Below are positions 31,181 to 42,496 of a stretch of DNA of 64,000 nt, piece by piece. The notes below the pieces were generated by a model that saw nothing but the letters and a program-made list of their open reading frames with translations, did no database searches and had not been told where the DNA came from. Positions within the stretch are counted from its first letter, which is position 1. Each line of letters starts with the position of its first letter. Made by a program: the position numbers and the translations under genes. Origin of the DNA: Obrimoposthia wandeli (lineage: Eukaryota); the NCBI GenBank assembly GCA_977020255.1, contig CDROCS010003649.1:1-64000 (forward strand), read 5' to 3'.

Positions 31181-31471
31181 TTATTCAACTACTGCTAAAA
31201 TATCGGCTTCGCTCATGATTAAAACTTCTTTGCCATCAATCTTTTCAGCTTTAACGCCATAACCTTCATTAAAAATAACTGTATCGCCAACGCTAACTGC
31301 TAAAGGACGTACTTCACCGCTATCAATTAAACGACCGTTACCAACAGCAATAACTTCACCGCGAGTAGATAATGACGCTGATGCACCAGTAAGTACGATA
31401 CCGCCAGCTGATTTAGTTTCTTGCTCTTGGCGACGAACGATCACACGATCGTGTAGTGGACGAATTGTCAT
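31181..31471 (-). CDS. groS: Co-chaperonin GroES
   Basis: [20 protein letters not shown] mobile loop; start at MTIRP (31471). Confidence 0.98.
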   Translation of the reverse strand: MTIRPLHDRVIVRRQEQETKSAGGIVLTGASASLSTRGEVIAVGNGRLIDSGEVRPLAVSVGDTVIFNEGYGVKAEKIDGKEVLIMSEADILAVVE

Positions 31472-31547
31472 TTGAAGATCTCCTAAAGAATACATGTTAC
31501 GAATATCAATGGTCGATTATTTACCGATACCATGACTATGGAGTAAT

Positions 31548-31578
31548 ATATCGGGGCAACTGCTTTCCAACTCAAGGG
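31548..31578 (-). promoter_or_regulatory. sigma32 heat-shock promoter of groESL
   Basis: CCCTTGAG-N14-CCCCGATAT, close to the CTTGAA-N13/14-CCCCATNT consensus. Confidence 0.75.
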
Positions 31579-31767
31579 AAAAAGCAAAAATAGTTAATAA
31601 AATCACGCCTTGTAAGCAGGTTTCTAACGAGTTTTAGACTTGTCACTATAAACAGAAGTGTAAATGTCAGGTAAAACTACAAGACAAGGCTGTTGGTTGG
31701 CGAAGAAAAGAGTAAAATAGCCCGATCAAAATATTAAAATTTATACACGCAATGTTAGGTAATCGAA

Positions 31768-33144
31768 TTGAAAGATAAACACGGTCTGCTCTCTGCTCCC
31801 GTCTCTCAGGTAATGACAAAAATGGCTGTACCTATGGGTTACGGTTTATTAGCCGTGCTCGGTTTTAGCTTAGTGGATACTTACTTTGTCAGTTTACTGG
31901 GTACACAGGCATTAGCTGCGATCAGTTTTACTTTCCCCGTTACCTTCTTTGTCTCTGCATTAGCCATGGGCTTAGGCACAGGTTTATCCGCTTGTTTAGC
32001 GCGTTTATTAGGGCAAGGCCAACACCAAGATGCTGCTCGCTTAACCTCTGACGGATTATTGTTAGCGCTCACTACCGTAATAATGGTTGCAGCGTTAGGT
32101 ATTAGTACGATCCAGCCACTATTTAGATTATTGGGTGCCAGCGATACCTTGATGGTGTATATCCAAGATTACATGTTCTATTGGTACCTCGCGATCCCCT
32201 TTTTAGTCATCCCTATGGTGGGTAATGCCGCCATTCGCGCAACGGGTGATACCAAAACCCCCAGCAGAGTCATGATCATAGCTGGTTTTATGAATGGCCT
32301 ACTCGACCCATTATTAATTTTTGGCATTGGTCCGTTCCCTGAACTCGGCGTGAAAGGGGCTGCGATTGCGTCAGGTCTGTCATGGTTAATTACCTTTGCG
32401 GTGGCTATATACCTACTACGCTATCGCGAACAGTTGCTACTATTAACGAAACCGAACCTGGCTAACATGCTTAAGAATTGGCGTAAGATTGCCGCGATAG
32501 GTATGCCGGCTTCGATAACCAATATGCTTAGCCCAGTCAACAATGCCTTTGTTATGTGGCAATTGGCGGCGTTTAGCACCACAGCAGTTGCGGCTTACGG
32601 TGCAGGTACGCGACTGGAAGCCATTTTATTAATTGGTATGATAGCCGTGAGTTCCATGCTCGCGCCTTTCATCGCCCAAAATTCATCAGCTAATAAGCCC
32701 CAACGTTGCTTAACCGCCATCAGATTAGCGATCCGTTATGCATTAATATCACAACTGGCTATTTATCTACTGATTGCTTTAACCGCACCGTATATCGCCA
32801 CCTTGTTTAGTGATGATAGCGCAGTGATCACTCACTTATCTTTATACCTCTATATCATTCCAGCATCCTTTGCGATGCAAGGCATTATGATGGCTGTCGC
32901 GTCGAGCCTAAATGGCTTTAACCGCCCGATGTCAGCATTGAGCCTCAGCGTATTACGCTCACTGTTAATCATTAGCCTATCGAGTATTGGTAGTTTCTAT
33001 TATGGTGAGAAAGGTATCTTCTTTGGTATTGCCGGCGCGAATGTTTTAGTAGGTTTAGTAGCTTTGTATTATGCCTATAAATTACAGCTAGAATTGCGCA
33101 ATGATGTACTCAATGCAGCACATGTGAAACTAGACCCTCAGTAA
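31768..33144 (+). CDS. MATE family efflux transporter
   Basis: 12 TM; DTYFVSLLG, RATGDTKTP, LDPLLIFG..PELGVKGAAIAS; TTG start. Confidence 0.9.
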   Translation: MKDKHGLLSAPVSQVMTKMAVPMGYGLLAVLGFSLVDTYFVSLLGTQALAAISFTFPVTFFVSALAMGLGTGLSACLARLLGQGQHQDAARLTSDGLLLALTTVIMVAALGISTIQPLFRLLGASDTLMVYIQDYMFYWYLAIPFLVIPMVGNAAIRATGDTKTPSRVMIIAGFMNGLLDPLLIFGIGPFPELGVKGAAIASGLSWLITFAVAIYLLRYREQLLLLTKPNLANMLKNWRKIAAIGMPASITNMLSPVNNAFVMWQLAAFSTTAVAAYGAGTRLEAILLIGMIAVSSMLAPFIAQNSSANKPQRCLTAIRLAIRYALISQLAIYLLIALTAPYIATLFSDDSAVITHLSLYLYIIPASFAMQGIMMAVASSLNGFNRPMSALSLSVLRSLLIISLSSIGSFYYGEKGIFFGIAGANVLVGLVALYYAYKLQLELRNDVLNAAHVKLDPQ

Positions 33145-33393
33145 TAGCCTATATAATCAGCCAATTCATCAGCGTTAATGGATCTCGGTATAAATAGCAA
33201 ATTTACAGATCGAATATGCACTAAAAATCCAACAAGCTTGCTGTATCTTAGGGCAAATAAAAATATATTTAGCATTTTTAAAACTTTGTTTATAAAGGTG
33301 ATCTACGCCCGTTTTATCCTCGAAATACCACGTATTATCCGCTCATAAATTTTGAATTCCCCCTACGTTTAGATAAAATAGCAGAGTGTACTA

Positions 33394-34845
33394 ATGACTG
33401 TATTAGCAACCGATTTTTCTCAAGAAACCCGCCTAGAAACTGACTTACTAGGTGTTAAAAAAATACCTGCACAAGCGTACTACGGTATTCATACATTACG
33501 TGCAATGGAAAACTTCCGCATCAGTAATGAGAAGATTGGTGACTGTCCCGAATTTGTACGCGGCATGGTAAAAACGAAAAAAGCAGCAGCATTAGCCAAT
33601 GGTATTTTGGGGACTATTCCTGAAGACATCAGTGATGCGATCGTTAAAGCCTGTGACACATTACTAGCAACCGACGACTTCTATAATCAATTCCCGATTG
33701 ATGCGTTTCAAGGTGGTGCTGGTACATCAGTAAACATGAATACCAATGAAGTGATTGCGAATATTGCCTTAGAGCAAATGGGACACAGCAAAGGCGCTTA
33801 TGCTCATATCAATCCCAATGATCATGTAAATAAAAGTCAAAGTACTAACGATGCCTACCCAACAGGCTTTCGTGTTGCCTTGTTCGAACGTTCAAATGCT
33901 GTATTAGCAGCGTTAACGTCATTAAGCGATACTTTCTTAACTAAATCAGTCGAGTTCAACGACGTATTAAAAATGGGTCGTACCCAGTTACAAGACGCTG
34001 TTCCGATGACATTAGGTCAAGAGTTCCGTGCGTTTGGTATTACCCTAAGAGAAGAAATTAAAAGCATCAAACGTTGCCAAGAATTACTGCTGGAAGTTAA
34101 CTTAGGCGCAACTGCAATCGGAACAGGGTTAAATACCCCAATCGGTTATTCAGAATTGGCGATTGCTAAACTAGCTGAGATCACAGGCCATGCATTTGTA
34201 CCTGCTGAAGATTTAGTGGAAGCAACGTCTGATTGTGGTGCTTATGTAATGTTGTCGAGTGGCTTAAAACGCTTAGCAGTAAAACTATCTAAGATCTGTA
34301 ACGATTTACGCCTGCTTTCTTCTGGTCCTCGTACTGGTTTAAACGAAATTAATCTACCAGAAATGCAAGCGGGCTCATCGATCATGCCCGCTAAAGTAAA
34401 TCCCGTTATTCCTGAAGTAGTTAACCAAGTAGCATTTAAAGTGTGTGGTAATGACATCACTATCACCATGGCTGCAGAAGCAGGTCAATTACAGTTAAAC
34501 GTAATGGAACCAGTGATTGGTCAATGCCTATTTGAATCGCTAACGTTATTAGAGAATGCCTGTTTCTCACTAGAGAACAAATGTATTAAAGGTATTACTG
34601 CTAACCGCAAGGTCTGCCAAGACTTCGTATTAAATTCAATTGGTATCATCACTTATTTAAACCCATTCATTGGCCATCATGAAGGCGATACGATTGGTAA
34701 AATCTGTGCAGAAACAGGTAAGAGTGTACGCGAAGTGGTTCTAGCGCGAGGCTTATTGTCTGAAGCTGAATTAGATGAAATATTCTCTATCGAAAACTTA
34801 ATGAATCCAAAATATACAGCGCAACGTTTCTCGAAAGCAGTCTAA
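33394..34845 (+). CDS. aspA: Aspartate ammonia-lyase
   Basis: [38 protein letters not shown] signature. Confidence 0.97.
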   Translation: MTVLATDFSQETRLETDLLGVKKIPAQAYYGIHTLRAMENFRISNEKIGDCPEFVRGMVKTKKAAALANGILGTIPEDISDAIVKACDTLLATDDFYNQFPIDAFQGGAGTSVNMNTNEVIANIALEQMGHSKGAYAHINPNDHVNKSQSTNDAYPTGFRVALFERSNAVLAALTSLSDTFLTKSVEFNDVLKMGRTQLQDAVPMTLGQEFRAFGITLREEIKSIKRCQELLLEVNLGATAIGTGLNTPIGYSELAIAKLAEITGHAFVPAEDLVEATSDCGAYVMLSSGLKRLAVKLSKICNDLRLLSSGPRTGLNEINLPEMQAGSSIMPAKVNPVIPEVVNQVAFKVCGNDITITMAAEAGQLQLNVMEPVIGQCLFESLTLLENACFSLENKCIKGITANRKVCQDFVLNSIGIITYLNPFIGHHEGDTIGKICAETGKSVREVVLARGLLSEAELDEIFSIENLMNPKYTAQRFSKAV

Positions 34846-34875
34846 TGTTGAAGGCATAAGCTAAGACATAAGCTA

Positions 34876-35026
34876 ATACCAATTACTATAAATAACTGTA
34901 CAGAAAAATGCTATTGCTATCGCAAACATACATGGCCATGGATGGCCTTGTCTAAGCGAACAGGGATGTCTTGAGCGGTTTGCAGGAGTAATATCATTTT
35001 GATCACTTAGTTTTCGGAATTGGTAT
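34876..35026. mobile_element. 151-bp MITE-like dispersed repeat, copy B
   Basis: Perfect 9-bp TIR ATACCAATT/AATTGGTAT; core nearly identical to 13882-14032; in the aspA 3' region. Confidence 0.82.
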
Positions 35027-35050
35027 AAAACATAAATTAACTGCTTAAAC

Positions 35051-35092
35051 AAAATCCCCGTTACTGCTATAAACAGTAACGGGGATTTTTTT
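35051..35092. terminator. Bidirectional terminator between aspA and the RND permease
   Basis: AAAATCCCCGTTACTG...CAGTAACGGGGATTTTTTT. Confidence 0.88.
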
Positions 35093-35124
35093 ATGCGTTC
35101 AAAAACTTTAACAACGGCTTATAG

Positions 35125-38100
35125 TTAAACCGCGACTGCTGTTACCGCAAATGCTCTTTTACGACTCATCAGTACAAAGATTGCAGGTACAAAGTAAAAC
35201 GATAATAACGTCGTTAATACCGTACCACCAGCGATAGCAATGGCAAATGGCGGCCAGAAACCACCACCCGCCAAGATTAATGGTAAGAAACCACCAACCG
35301 TAGTAATAGTCGTTGACGAGATATGTCGCGTGCAACTGGTGATAGCATTGATAATCGCCTCACGATCCCCCGCAACAGCTTTCGGATCTGATTTTAATTC
35401 CGCCAAAATAACAATCGCGGCATTAATTGCCAGCCCCATTAAGCCGAGTAAACCTATGATCACCGTAAAACCAAACGGGTAATTAAACACATAAATACTC
35501 AGTAGCCCTAACCCCACAGATTGAATTGCGGATAATACAATTACCCCACCCAAGCGGAATGAATTAAATGACAGCACCACGATAATAATCAGCAGCATCA
35601 CTATGACGCCAACACTGGCTAACAAATTACCGACAGCACTATTACGTTCCGCCGATTCACCACCAAACTCCATACGATAACCCGGCGGTAGTACAAAATT
35701 TTCACTGGCTAATCGCGCAGAAAAATCACTCAATACTGTTGACGGTAATACCCCAGATACTAAATAACCTTCAACCGTATTAACCCGCACCCCATTCCAA
35801 TGCGGAATCGCACCACGACTCGGGCTTAACGCTAACTCGGTTAGTGCCACCAGCGGAATATTACCTTGTGATAGTGGTGAGCTTAGGCTGATATTAGCTA
35901 AGTCAGACAAGCTACTGCGTTGTGCATTAGCAATCTGCACCCGTACCGGGATTGATTCCGTTGCTTCGATAATCGAACCATTCACCGTACCATGCAAGGT
36001 AGATTGTAACTGTGTTGCCACATCAGTCAGGGTTAGACCGGCTAACTGACTGACATCTTCGTTAATCTTCAGCCATATTTTCGGTAATCCAGGTTGAATA
36101 GTAGCGCGCGTATGGATGACGTTCTCAGTGCCAATTAAGATCCGCCTAGCTTCGTCACCCAAGGTTTTTAAGGTATCGAGATTCGGACCAAACAAACGTA
36201 ATTCAATTGGCGCTCTAAACGGAGGTCCCTGCTCTAATTTACGCACTAATATCTGCGCTTCAGGGATCGCCTTATCGAGTAATATTTGTAATGACGGTAC
36301 TAACGCATTAACTTGCTGAAAGCTATCACCAGTGACCATAGCTTGGGCATAATACTGGGCGCCATCTTTACTCGGCATCAAGTTATAGTAAAAAGACGGG
36401 GCATTGTTACCAATAAACCAACGTACTTTACTGATCCCTTGTTGCTGTGCTAACAAGTCACTGATAGTTTTCGTCATCACTTCTGTGGCAACAATACTGG
36501 TTTGTACTGGCATAAACAGTTCGATATGAAACATGTCGCGATCTGATGCTGGAAAAAATTGTTCATCCAGATGTTTAGCTAACATAAATCCACTTAACGG
36601 TAAGATAAATACCACTGCAATACTCAATTTAGGTCGATCTAATACCAATACTAATGACTGACGGAATGCCTTAGCTAAACCGGCTAATTCAATACCATTG
36701 TTATACCAAGTCATTGGCCGCGCAGATTCCCCTTCAGTATTACCCTTCAGGAATTGCCCTGATAAACCCGCCACTATGGTATGTGATACTAAATACGAAC
36801 CAATTAAAGCAAAGATAACGCTTAAGGCAATACCACTAACGAATTCACCCGATGGACCCGGCATCATCACAATCGGCATAAAGGCCAATATCGTGGTTAA
36901 CGTCGAACCTAATAACGGCAACCATAAATGTTTGATCGCCCCTTGTACCGCAACGCTAGCACTTAAGCCTTGTTGGCGACGTTTTTGAATGGTATCCGCC
37001 ATGACAATTGCGTTATCTACCATAATACCAAGAGCAACAACCAAGCCCGTAACTGACATTTGATGAATAGGTAAGCCGTAATAGTTCATCACAGTTAGCG
37101 TAAACAACACTGTTAACGGTAAAGACAAGGTGACAATTAATGCTGCGCGCCAGCCTAAGGTCACAAATAACACCACGGCGATCAGCGAGAAACCAATCAA
37201 GATGTTCTCGACCAGACCTTGCAACCGATCTTCGGTGTACTGAGATTGATCAAACAATACTTCGGTGGTTAATGACGCTGGTAATTGCAGGTTAAAACCG
37301 GCCACCACGTTATCTACTTCGGCACTCCATTTATCAATGCGTAAATTCGGCAACATGCGCGTGGATACCACAACCGCATATTGACCATCAACCAGTGCGA
37401 TTTCTTGCGCTGGCCACTGGAGTTTTTTGTTTATCTGGGCAATGTCCCCTAACCGCACGACACCACCGTTACTGTCATTGAGTAACGGGATCTGACGGAT
37501 CCGGTCGACAGAATTAAACGATCCAGCTACTTCGATCTGCATTTGGTTATGATCATTAATGATATTACCAGCAGACACTTTGGCATCAGCAGCTAAAATA
37601 ATGTTGGAAATAGCCTGCGTTGATAACGACAAATTAGCCGCTAAATGCTTATCTATTTCCACCAATATTTGTTCTTCGCCACGACCGAATAAACTGACAA
37701 TATCAGTACCCGAGATCACCTTTAATTGATTTTGTAATTCCTTGCCATAACGACCCAGCGTGGTCAAATCGACCTTACTATCACCCTGCCATTTAACAGC
37801 TATCAATTGCGTGTAGGCATAACCACGGTCGTCCTCTAATCGCGGTGCGACAGCCGCTGGCGGTAACTCACTAGTCACATCATTAAGTAGATCTCGCACC
37901 CGAGACCACACTGGCACTGTATCGGTAATTGTATCGTGTAATTTCAACTGCACGATAGAAATACCCGGACGAGATGTAGAGGTAATCCTTTTAATATCAG
38001 CAAGTTTACGTAGCTTCTGCTCTATTTTTTCAGTCACTAATGCTTCCACACGCTCAGCACTCGCGCCCGGTAATATCGTTAACACACTCGCGATCCGGTT

Positions 38101-38217
38101 AGTGATCCTTGGATCTTCCGTACGCGGTAATGTCGCCAGCGAACCAAGGCCAGCAACAATTAACAGAATAATCAGCAGGGCCATTAAACGATTGTTTTCG
38201 GTAAACGCCTTGATCAT
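35125..38217 (-). CDS. RND efflux permease (AcrB/D/F family)
   Basis: 1030 aa; two large periplasmic loops, VALGIMVDNAIV (TM4), GLAINAAIV; ATGA overlap with the MFP gene. Confidence 0.92.
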   Translation of the reverse strand: MIKAFTENNRLMALLIILLIVAGLGSLATLPRTEDPRITNRIASVLTILPGASAERVEALVTEKIEQKLRKLADIKRITSTSRPGISIVQLKLHDTITDTVPVWSRVRDLLNDVTSELPPAAVAPRLEDDRGYAYTQLIAVKWQGDSKVDLTTLGRYGKELQNQLKVISGTDIVSLFGRGEEQILVEIDKHLAANLSLSTQAISNIILAADAKVSAGNIINDHNQMQIEVAGSFNSVDRIRQIPLLNDSNGGVVRLGDIAQINKKLQWPAQEIALVDGQYAVVVSTRMLPNLRIDKWSAEVDNVVAGFNLQLPASLTTEVLFDQSQYTEDRLQGLVENILIGFSLIAVVLFVTLGWRAALIVTLSLPLTVLFTLTVMNYYGLPIHQMSVTGLVVALGIMVDNAIVMADTIQKRRQQGLSASVAVQGAIKHLWLPLLGSTLTTILAFMPIVMMPGPSGEFVSGIALSVIFALIGSYLVSHTIVAGLSGQFLKGNTEGESARPMTWYNNGIELAGLAKAFRQSLVLVLDRPKLSIAVVFILPLSGFMLAKHLDEQFFPASDRDMFHIELFMPVQTSIVATEVMTKTISDLLAQQQGISKVRWFIGNNAPSFYYNLMPSKDGAQYYAQAMVTGDSFQQVNALVPSLQILLDKAIPEAQILVRKLEQGPPFRAPIELRLFGPNLDTLKTLGDEARRILIGTENVIHTRATIQPGLPKIWLKINEDVSQLAGLTLTDVATQLQSTLHGTVNGSIIEATESIPVRVQIANAQRSSLSDLANISLSSPLSQGNIPLVALTELALSPSRGAIPHWNGVRVNTVEGYLVSGVLPSTVLSDFSARLASENFVLPPGYRMEFGGESAERNSAVGNLLASVGVIVMLLIIIVVLSFNSFRLGGVIVLSAIQSVGLGLLSIYVFNYPFGFTVIIGLLGLMGLAINAAIVILAELKSDPKAVAGDREAIINAITSCTRHISSTTITTVGGFLPLILAGGGFWPPFAIAIAGGTVLTTLLSFYFVPAIFVLMSRKRAFAVTAVAV

Positions 38218-39410
38218 ATTTTATGCTCCGCTGTCGCTGTATCCACAGGCTTATTAGCAAAGGCTTGTTGATGGCTCAATGTGACCATTTGTCCAGGTAC
38301 GAAACGGTGGATCCCGGCATTAACATAGGCTTGATTATTCTTCAGATCACCTTGTACATAAGCGGCGGTTTCAGTGGCGTGCAATACTGTCACCGTGGTG
38401 CTTTTCAATTGGAATAACGCTGGCGATTGTGGAAGATCAAGATCACGCGGGGTAACGTCTTGATCTAAAGTGTAAATATTCCACATGCCGCGCACCCCGT
38501 CGGTGATCGCACTGAGCGGTACCCAATAGCCCGATTGTTGATACGCTTGCGACAAAGCAAGGTAAGCCAATTGGCCATTATAAACAGGACTGTTATCTGC
38601 GATGGCAAAACGTAAACTAATGGTACGCGTAACACTATTTACCTCATTGCCCATGCTCAGCAATGTCGCGTTATAGTTAATACCTGCGATCTCAAGTTGA
38701 TGATCCTTGCCATTTAGCTGTTGGATAAAATTGGCAGGGACACCAACGATCACCTCCGACTTACCAGTTTGCAATAATCTAAAAGCCGTAGTACCCGCCG
38801 CGATCACTTCACCTTGGGCTATTTGACGGCTGCTAACAATGCCATCAAATGGTGCTAATAGTCTTGATTTATCAATACGATACTGACTTGCTTCTAATGC
38901 GGATAAGGTACTGCGGATATTAGCGGAAACTACTCGTTTTTGTGACGACAACTCATCAATCTTTTGCTCTGACGTGAAACCTCGTTTACTCAACGAGCTT
39001 AAACGGGTTAAATTTGCTTGGATCAAATCAAACTCAGCTTGGCCTTGCTGTAATTGCGCATCCAACTGGTTACGCTCAATCAATAACAACTGGGTATTCA
39101 GTTCTGCCAGCAATTGGCCTTTTTCAACTTGTTGGCCTTCAATCACATGCAGGCTTTTAATCATACCCGCGAACTCAAAACCCAAGTTAGCATCTTGCTG
39201 CGCAATTACTTTACCGACAAACTTATTTTCAACCTGATAACTAGTTTGTAGAGTTAATTGCTCACTACTTGCTTGTAAATAATGTGATGCTTTCGGCGTT
39301 TCATCAGCAACTACCTTACTACATGCTTGCAATCCGATCACCATTAGCACTACACTTAACCACTGTGCTGCTTTAATATACGGACCTGTTAGGTAACTCT
39401 TTATAATCAT
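38214..39410 (-). CDS. RND periplasmic adaptor (membrane fusion protein), lipoprotein
   Basis: Lipobox LQAC, lipoyl-like and hairpin segments (LLAPFDGIV); start moved to 39410 behind AGGGA. Confidence 0.9.
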   Translation of the reverse strand: MIIKSYLTGPYIKAAQWLSVVLMVIGLQACSKVVADETPKASHYLQASSEQLTLQTSYQVENKFVGKVIAQQDANLGFEFAGMIKSLHVIEGQQVEKGQLLAELNTQLLLIERNQLDAQLQQGQAEFDLIQANLTRLSSLSKRGFTSEQKIDELSSQKRVVSANIRSTLSALEASQYRIDKSRLLAPFDGIVSSRQIAQGEVIAAGTTAFRLLQTGKSEVIVGVPANFIQQLNGKDHQLEIAGINYNATLLSMGNEVNSVTRTISLRFAIADNSPVYNGQLAYLALSQAYQQSGYWVPLSAITDGVRGMWNIYTLDQDVTPRDLDLPQSPALFQLKSTTVTVLHATETAAYVQGDLKNNQAYVNAGIHRFVPGQMVTLSHQQAFANKPVDTATAEHKI

Positions 39411-39472
39411 AGTGAATATCCCTTTCTTGCGTGCTATCCGACGCAACCCTTTCGTTTCGACCTTTTATAAAC

Positions 39473-39528
39473 TAGACTCACGGGTCTAGCCACAAAAACA
39501 GTTAAATCAAACTAGACCGTACAGTCCA
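39473..39528. promoter_or_regulatory. Two TetR-type operators between the RND operon and its regulator
   Basis: TAGAC-TCACGG-GTCTA (39473-39488) and TAGAC-CGTACA-GTCCA (39513-39528). Confidence 0.65.
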
Positions 39529-39602
39529 CTTTAGTTGTATTAACACATATATAACATTTATTAGCAAGGCTGTATGTTCAAACTACCAGCGGTATAAGTG
39601 AT

Positions 39603-40217
39603 ATGAACAAACCAAGAACAAAGAGTGAAGTAAAGCGTAATCAAATACTCGATGCGGCAACACTGCAGTTTACTCAGCACGGCTACGCAGCAACAAGCAT
39701 GGAACTCATCGCTAAATTAGCGGGGGTTTCTAAGCAAACTGTATACAGCCACTTTGGTAATAAAGATGAATTATTTATTACCGCGATCAGCTATAAGTGT
39801 GAACAATTGGGCGTAACAGAACTGTTACCCGAGAATTTAGGTCCGGTTGAATCGACATTAACGTTATTCGCGCAACGCTTTTTTGCCATGATCACATCAG
39901 CAGACTCCATGGCCGTACACCGTACTTGCGCTGCAGAATGTGTTGCCCATCCGCATTTATCAAAGTTATTTTTTGAAGCCGGGCCACTGTTTGTTATCGA
40001 CAAATTAGCCCATTGTTTGGCCGAGTATCATCGTCGTGGCGAGTTGGATATCGAAGATTGTCGTGAAGCAGCAATTCAATTGCTCGCGATCATTAAAGGT
40101 GAACAGTGGACACGATTAGAATTTAATATTGAAGAGTCGTTATCAGAGCAGGAAATTAACCATTATTTACAACGTTCTGTGCGTCTATTTGTACGTGGAT
40201 ATCAAAGTTTAGACTAA
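39603..40217 (+). CDS. TetR/AcrR family regulator of the RND pump
   Basis: HTH IAKLAGVSKQTVYSHFGNKDELF; divergent from the pump. Confidence 0.9.
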   Translation: MNKPRTKSEVKRNQILDAATLQFTQHGYAATSMELIAKLAGVSKQTVYSHFGNKDELFITAISYKCEQLGVTELLPENLGPVESTLTLFAQRFFAMITSADSMAVHRTCAAECVAHPHLSKLFFEAGPLFVIDKLAHCLAEYHRRGELDIEDCREAAIQLLAIIKGEQWTRLEFNIEESLSEQEINHYLQRSVRLFVRGYQSLD

Positions 40218-40292
40218 GGGCTAAGTTTATAGTTTTAGTTCGAATAGGAAACAAATAATCAGCGCTATGCTGATTATTTGTTTCCAATCACG

Positions 40293-41096
40293 CTATGCAC
40301 TCGTATTAAGCGTTGCGCTAAACCAATCCAGCTTACTCGCCAGCTGTGTTACCCCACCGATAATAATCAATGACGGACTTTCAGCTTGTGCAGCAAGATC
40401 GCCAAGATCTTTTAATGATCCTTGTAAAGTGCGCTGCTGTTTACTCGTACCCTTCTCGACAATAGCCACCGGCATATCGGCATCCATACCGTGTTCAATA
40501 AGGTTACCGGCGATACCACTGCTTTGCGTTAAGCCCATATAAAATACCAGCGTATGCGTGGCCTTACCCAATAATGGCCAATCTAGCTGATTAGCATCAT
40601 CTTTTAAATGTCCGGTAATAAACTGCACACCTTGAGTGTAATCACGATGTGTTAATGGGATACCAGCATAAGCAGCGCAGCCTGATGCAGCTGTAATACC
40701 CGGTACCACTTCAAAAGGTATGTTAAACGGTAATAAGGCTTCAAGCTCTTCCCCACCACGACCAAAGATAAACGGATCACCGCCTTTAAGACGGATAACT
40801 TGTTTACCTTCTAAAGCGAGCTTAACCAGCAGATCGTTTATGCCGCTTTGTGGAACACAATGATAGCCTGCTTGTTTACCGACAAAAAAACATTCCGCAT
40901 CAGGATGAATTAACGCGATGATTTCATCGGAGACTAAGCGGTCATGTACAACGACTTCCGCTTGTTGTAATAAGCGTAATGCTTTAACGGTGAGTAAATC
41001 TGGATCACCAGGACCCGAACCTACTAAAATAACTTTCCCTGTATGACTTGCGGCCTGTAGCTCATTTACTGCTGTTAGTATTGTTTGTCCGGTCAT
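40293..41096 (-). CDS. cobA: Uroporphyrinogen-III C-methyltransferase (stand-alone SUMT)
   Basis: [42 protein letters not shown]. Confidence 0.93.
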   Translation of the reverse strand: MTGQTILTAVNELQAASHTGKVILVGSGPGDPDLLTVKALRLLQQAEVVVHDRLVSDEIIALIHPDAECFFVGKQAGYHCVPQSGINDLLVKLALEGKQVIRLKGGDPFIFGRGGEELEALLPFNIPFEVVPGITAASGCAAYAGIPLTHRDYTQGVQFITGHLKDDANQLDWPLLGKATHTLVFYMGLTQSSGIAGNLIEHGMDADMPVAIVEKGTSKQQRTLQGSLKDLGDLAAQAESPSLIIIGGVTQLASKLDWFSATLNTSA

Positions 41097-41301
41097 TCTA
41101 TATCCTTAGCTACTACGCCAGCCATCACGGCTAGCAACTATTAACAGTGCTGTTCATCACTGTTTCTATATACCTAATAAATACCATAGCTGGGGAAAGC
41201 TTACCAATAGCGGAGTAGTATAAGTTATACCAAGCGCAGCAAGATCAAAAAAGGCGCGATCTTTCGACCGCGCCTTTTGGCATTTCTTCATTTATCGATT
41301 A

Positions 41302-41835
41302 TTAATTAAGCTTATTGTCATCTCGGTTTATTTCAACGAAATCACCTTCGATAGCGCCGTCATTTTTAGCGTTATGTGTCGCACCAGGCTGTTGTTCGAA
41401 TGGTGACGACTGTGATGTATGTGTTGATGAATAACTAAAACCTTGTGCGCCACCCGTAAATGTCGACTGTGGAATAATACGATCTTTGTATTGCGCAATA
41501 ATCGCTTTAGCTAAACGACCACGAATTTGTGGCGTTAATACTAACAAGCCTAACGCATCAGTCACAAAACCAGGGGTCACGAGTAAGACACCACATACAA
41601 GTAGCATAATACCTTCAACAATTTCTTGTCCCGGCGCTTCGCCCGCTGCTAAACGTGCTTGTAATTTTTGCACCGTTTGTACACCTTGGCTACGTACTAA
41701 ATACGAACCAGCAAACGCAGTTAAAATAATAATACCAATAGTCAGTTCTGCACCTAATAACGAGCCTATCGACATTAGTACATACACTTCAATTAATGTC
41801 ATCGCAGTAAACAGGAAAAATAAACGACCTAACAC
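41302..41835 (-). CDS. fxsA: FxsA membrane protein
   Basis: IEVYVL...AGSYLVRSQG...GVLLVTPGFVTDALG, C-terminal IEGDF; terminator near 41247-41278. Confidence 0.92.
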   Translation of the reverse strand: MLGRLFFLFTAMTLIEVYVLMSIGSLLGAELTIGIIILTAFAGSYLVRSQGVQTVQKLQARLAAGEAPGQEIVEGIMLLVCGVLLVTPGFVTDALGLLVLTPQIRGRLAKAIIAQYKDRIIPQSTFTGGAQGFSYSSTHTSQSSPFEQQPGATHNAKNDGAIEGDFVEINRDDNKLN

Positions 41836-41939
41836 ATTAACCTCTCAAAATTCAGTTGGGGTAGACAGTATAACAAGCAATAATCTTGTCATGCACTTAT
41901 CTACAAAATCCGTAAAAAACGGTTATGATATAAAGTAAC

Positions 41940-41965
41940 ATAAGGGCATTAGCCCCATTTTCAAG
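41940..41965 (-). promoter_or_regulatory. sigma32 promoter of fxsA
   Basis: CTTGAA-N13-CCCTTAT; fxsA belongs to the RpoH regulon in E. coli. Confidence 0.7.
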
Positions 41966-42046
41966 CTCTCGCCTAATAGATAGTCCATAATACTAACTGG
42001 CAGATAGTGTAATTAAGACAACAAAAACACCATAAAGTTGGAAAAA

Positions 42047-42496
42047 ATGAACCTAAAATCGCTCCTGTTATTAGCTGGCAGCCTCGCACTGCAAAGCACA
42101 ATACCCGCATTCGCCAATAATAATTTTAGTCTATTTGCCAATAAAGCACAAAGCGCTCCAGCATTCTTACCAGCCGAAGAAGCGTTTGTATTTTCGCAAC
42201 TGCAGCAAGGCCAGCAGCTAAATGTATTCTGGCAAATTACTGATGGTTATTATTTATATAAAAATAAATTGCGTGTCACCATCAATGGTAACGAACACAC
42301 TATCCAAGGATTGCCCGCAGGTAAAGATTATCATGACGAATATTTTGGTGATGTGGAGATATTTCAATACGAGTTACAGTTGTCAGTGCCTATTGCCGAT
42401 CTAGCAGCCAAAAGTGAAGTGACTATTCACTATCAAGGCTGTGCTGTTGCGGGGTTATGCTACCCACCGATGACAAAAACATTTATTAGTAAATAG
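42047..42496 (+). CDS. Stand-alone DsbD N-terminal (alpha) domain protein
   Basis: Signal peptide, FLPAEEAF, WQITDGYYLYK, HDEYFG, YQGCAVAGLCYPP, then stop; no TM or thioredoxin domain follows. Confidence 0.85.
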   Translation: MNLKSLLLLAGSLALQSTIPAFANNNFSLFANKAQSAPAFLPAEEAFVFSQLQQGQQLNVFWQITDGYYLYKNKLRVTINGNEHTIQGLPAGKDYHDEYFGDVEIFQYELQLSVPIADLAAKSEVTIHYQGCAVAGLCYPPMTKTFISK

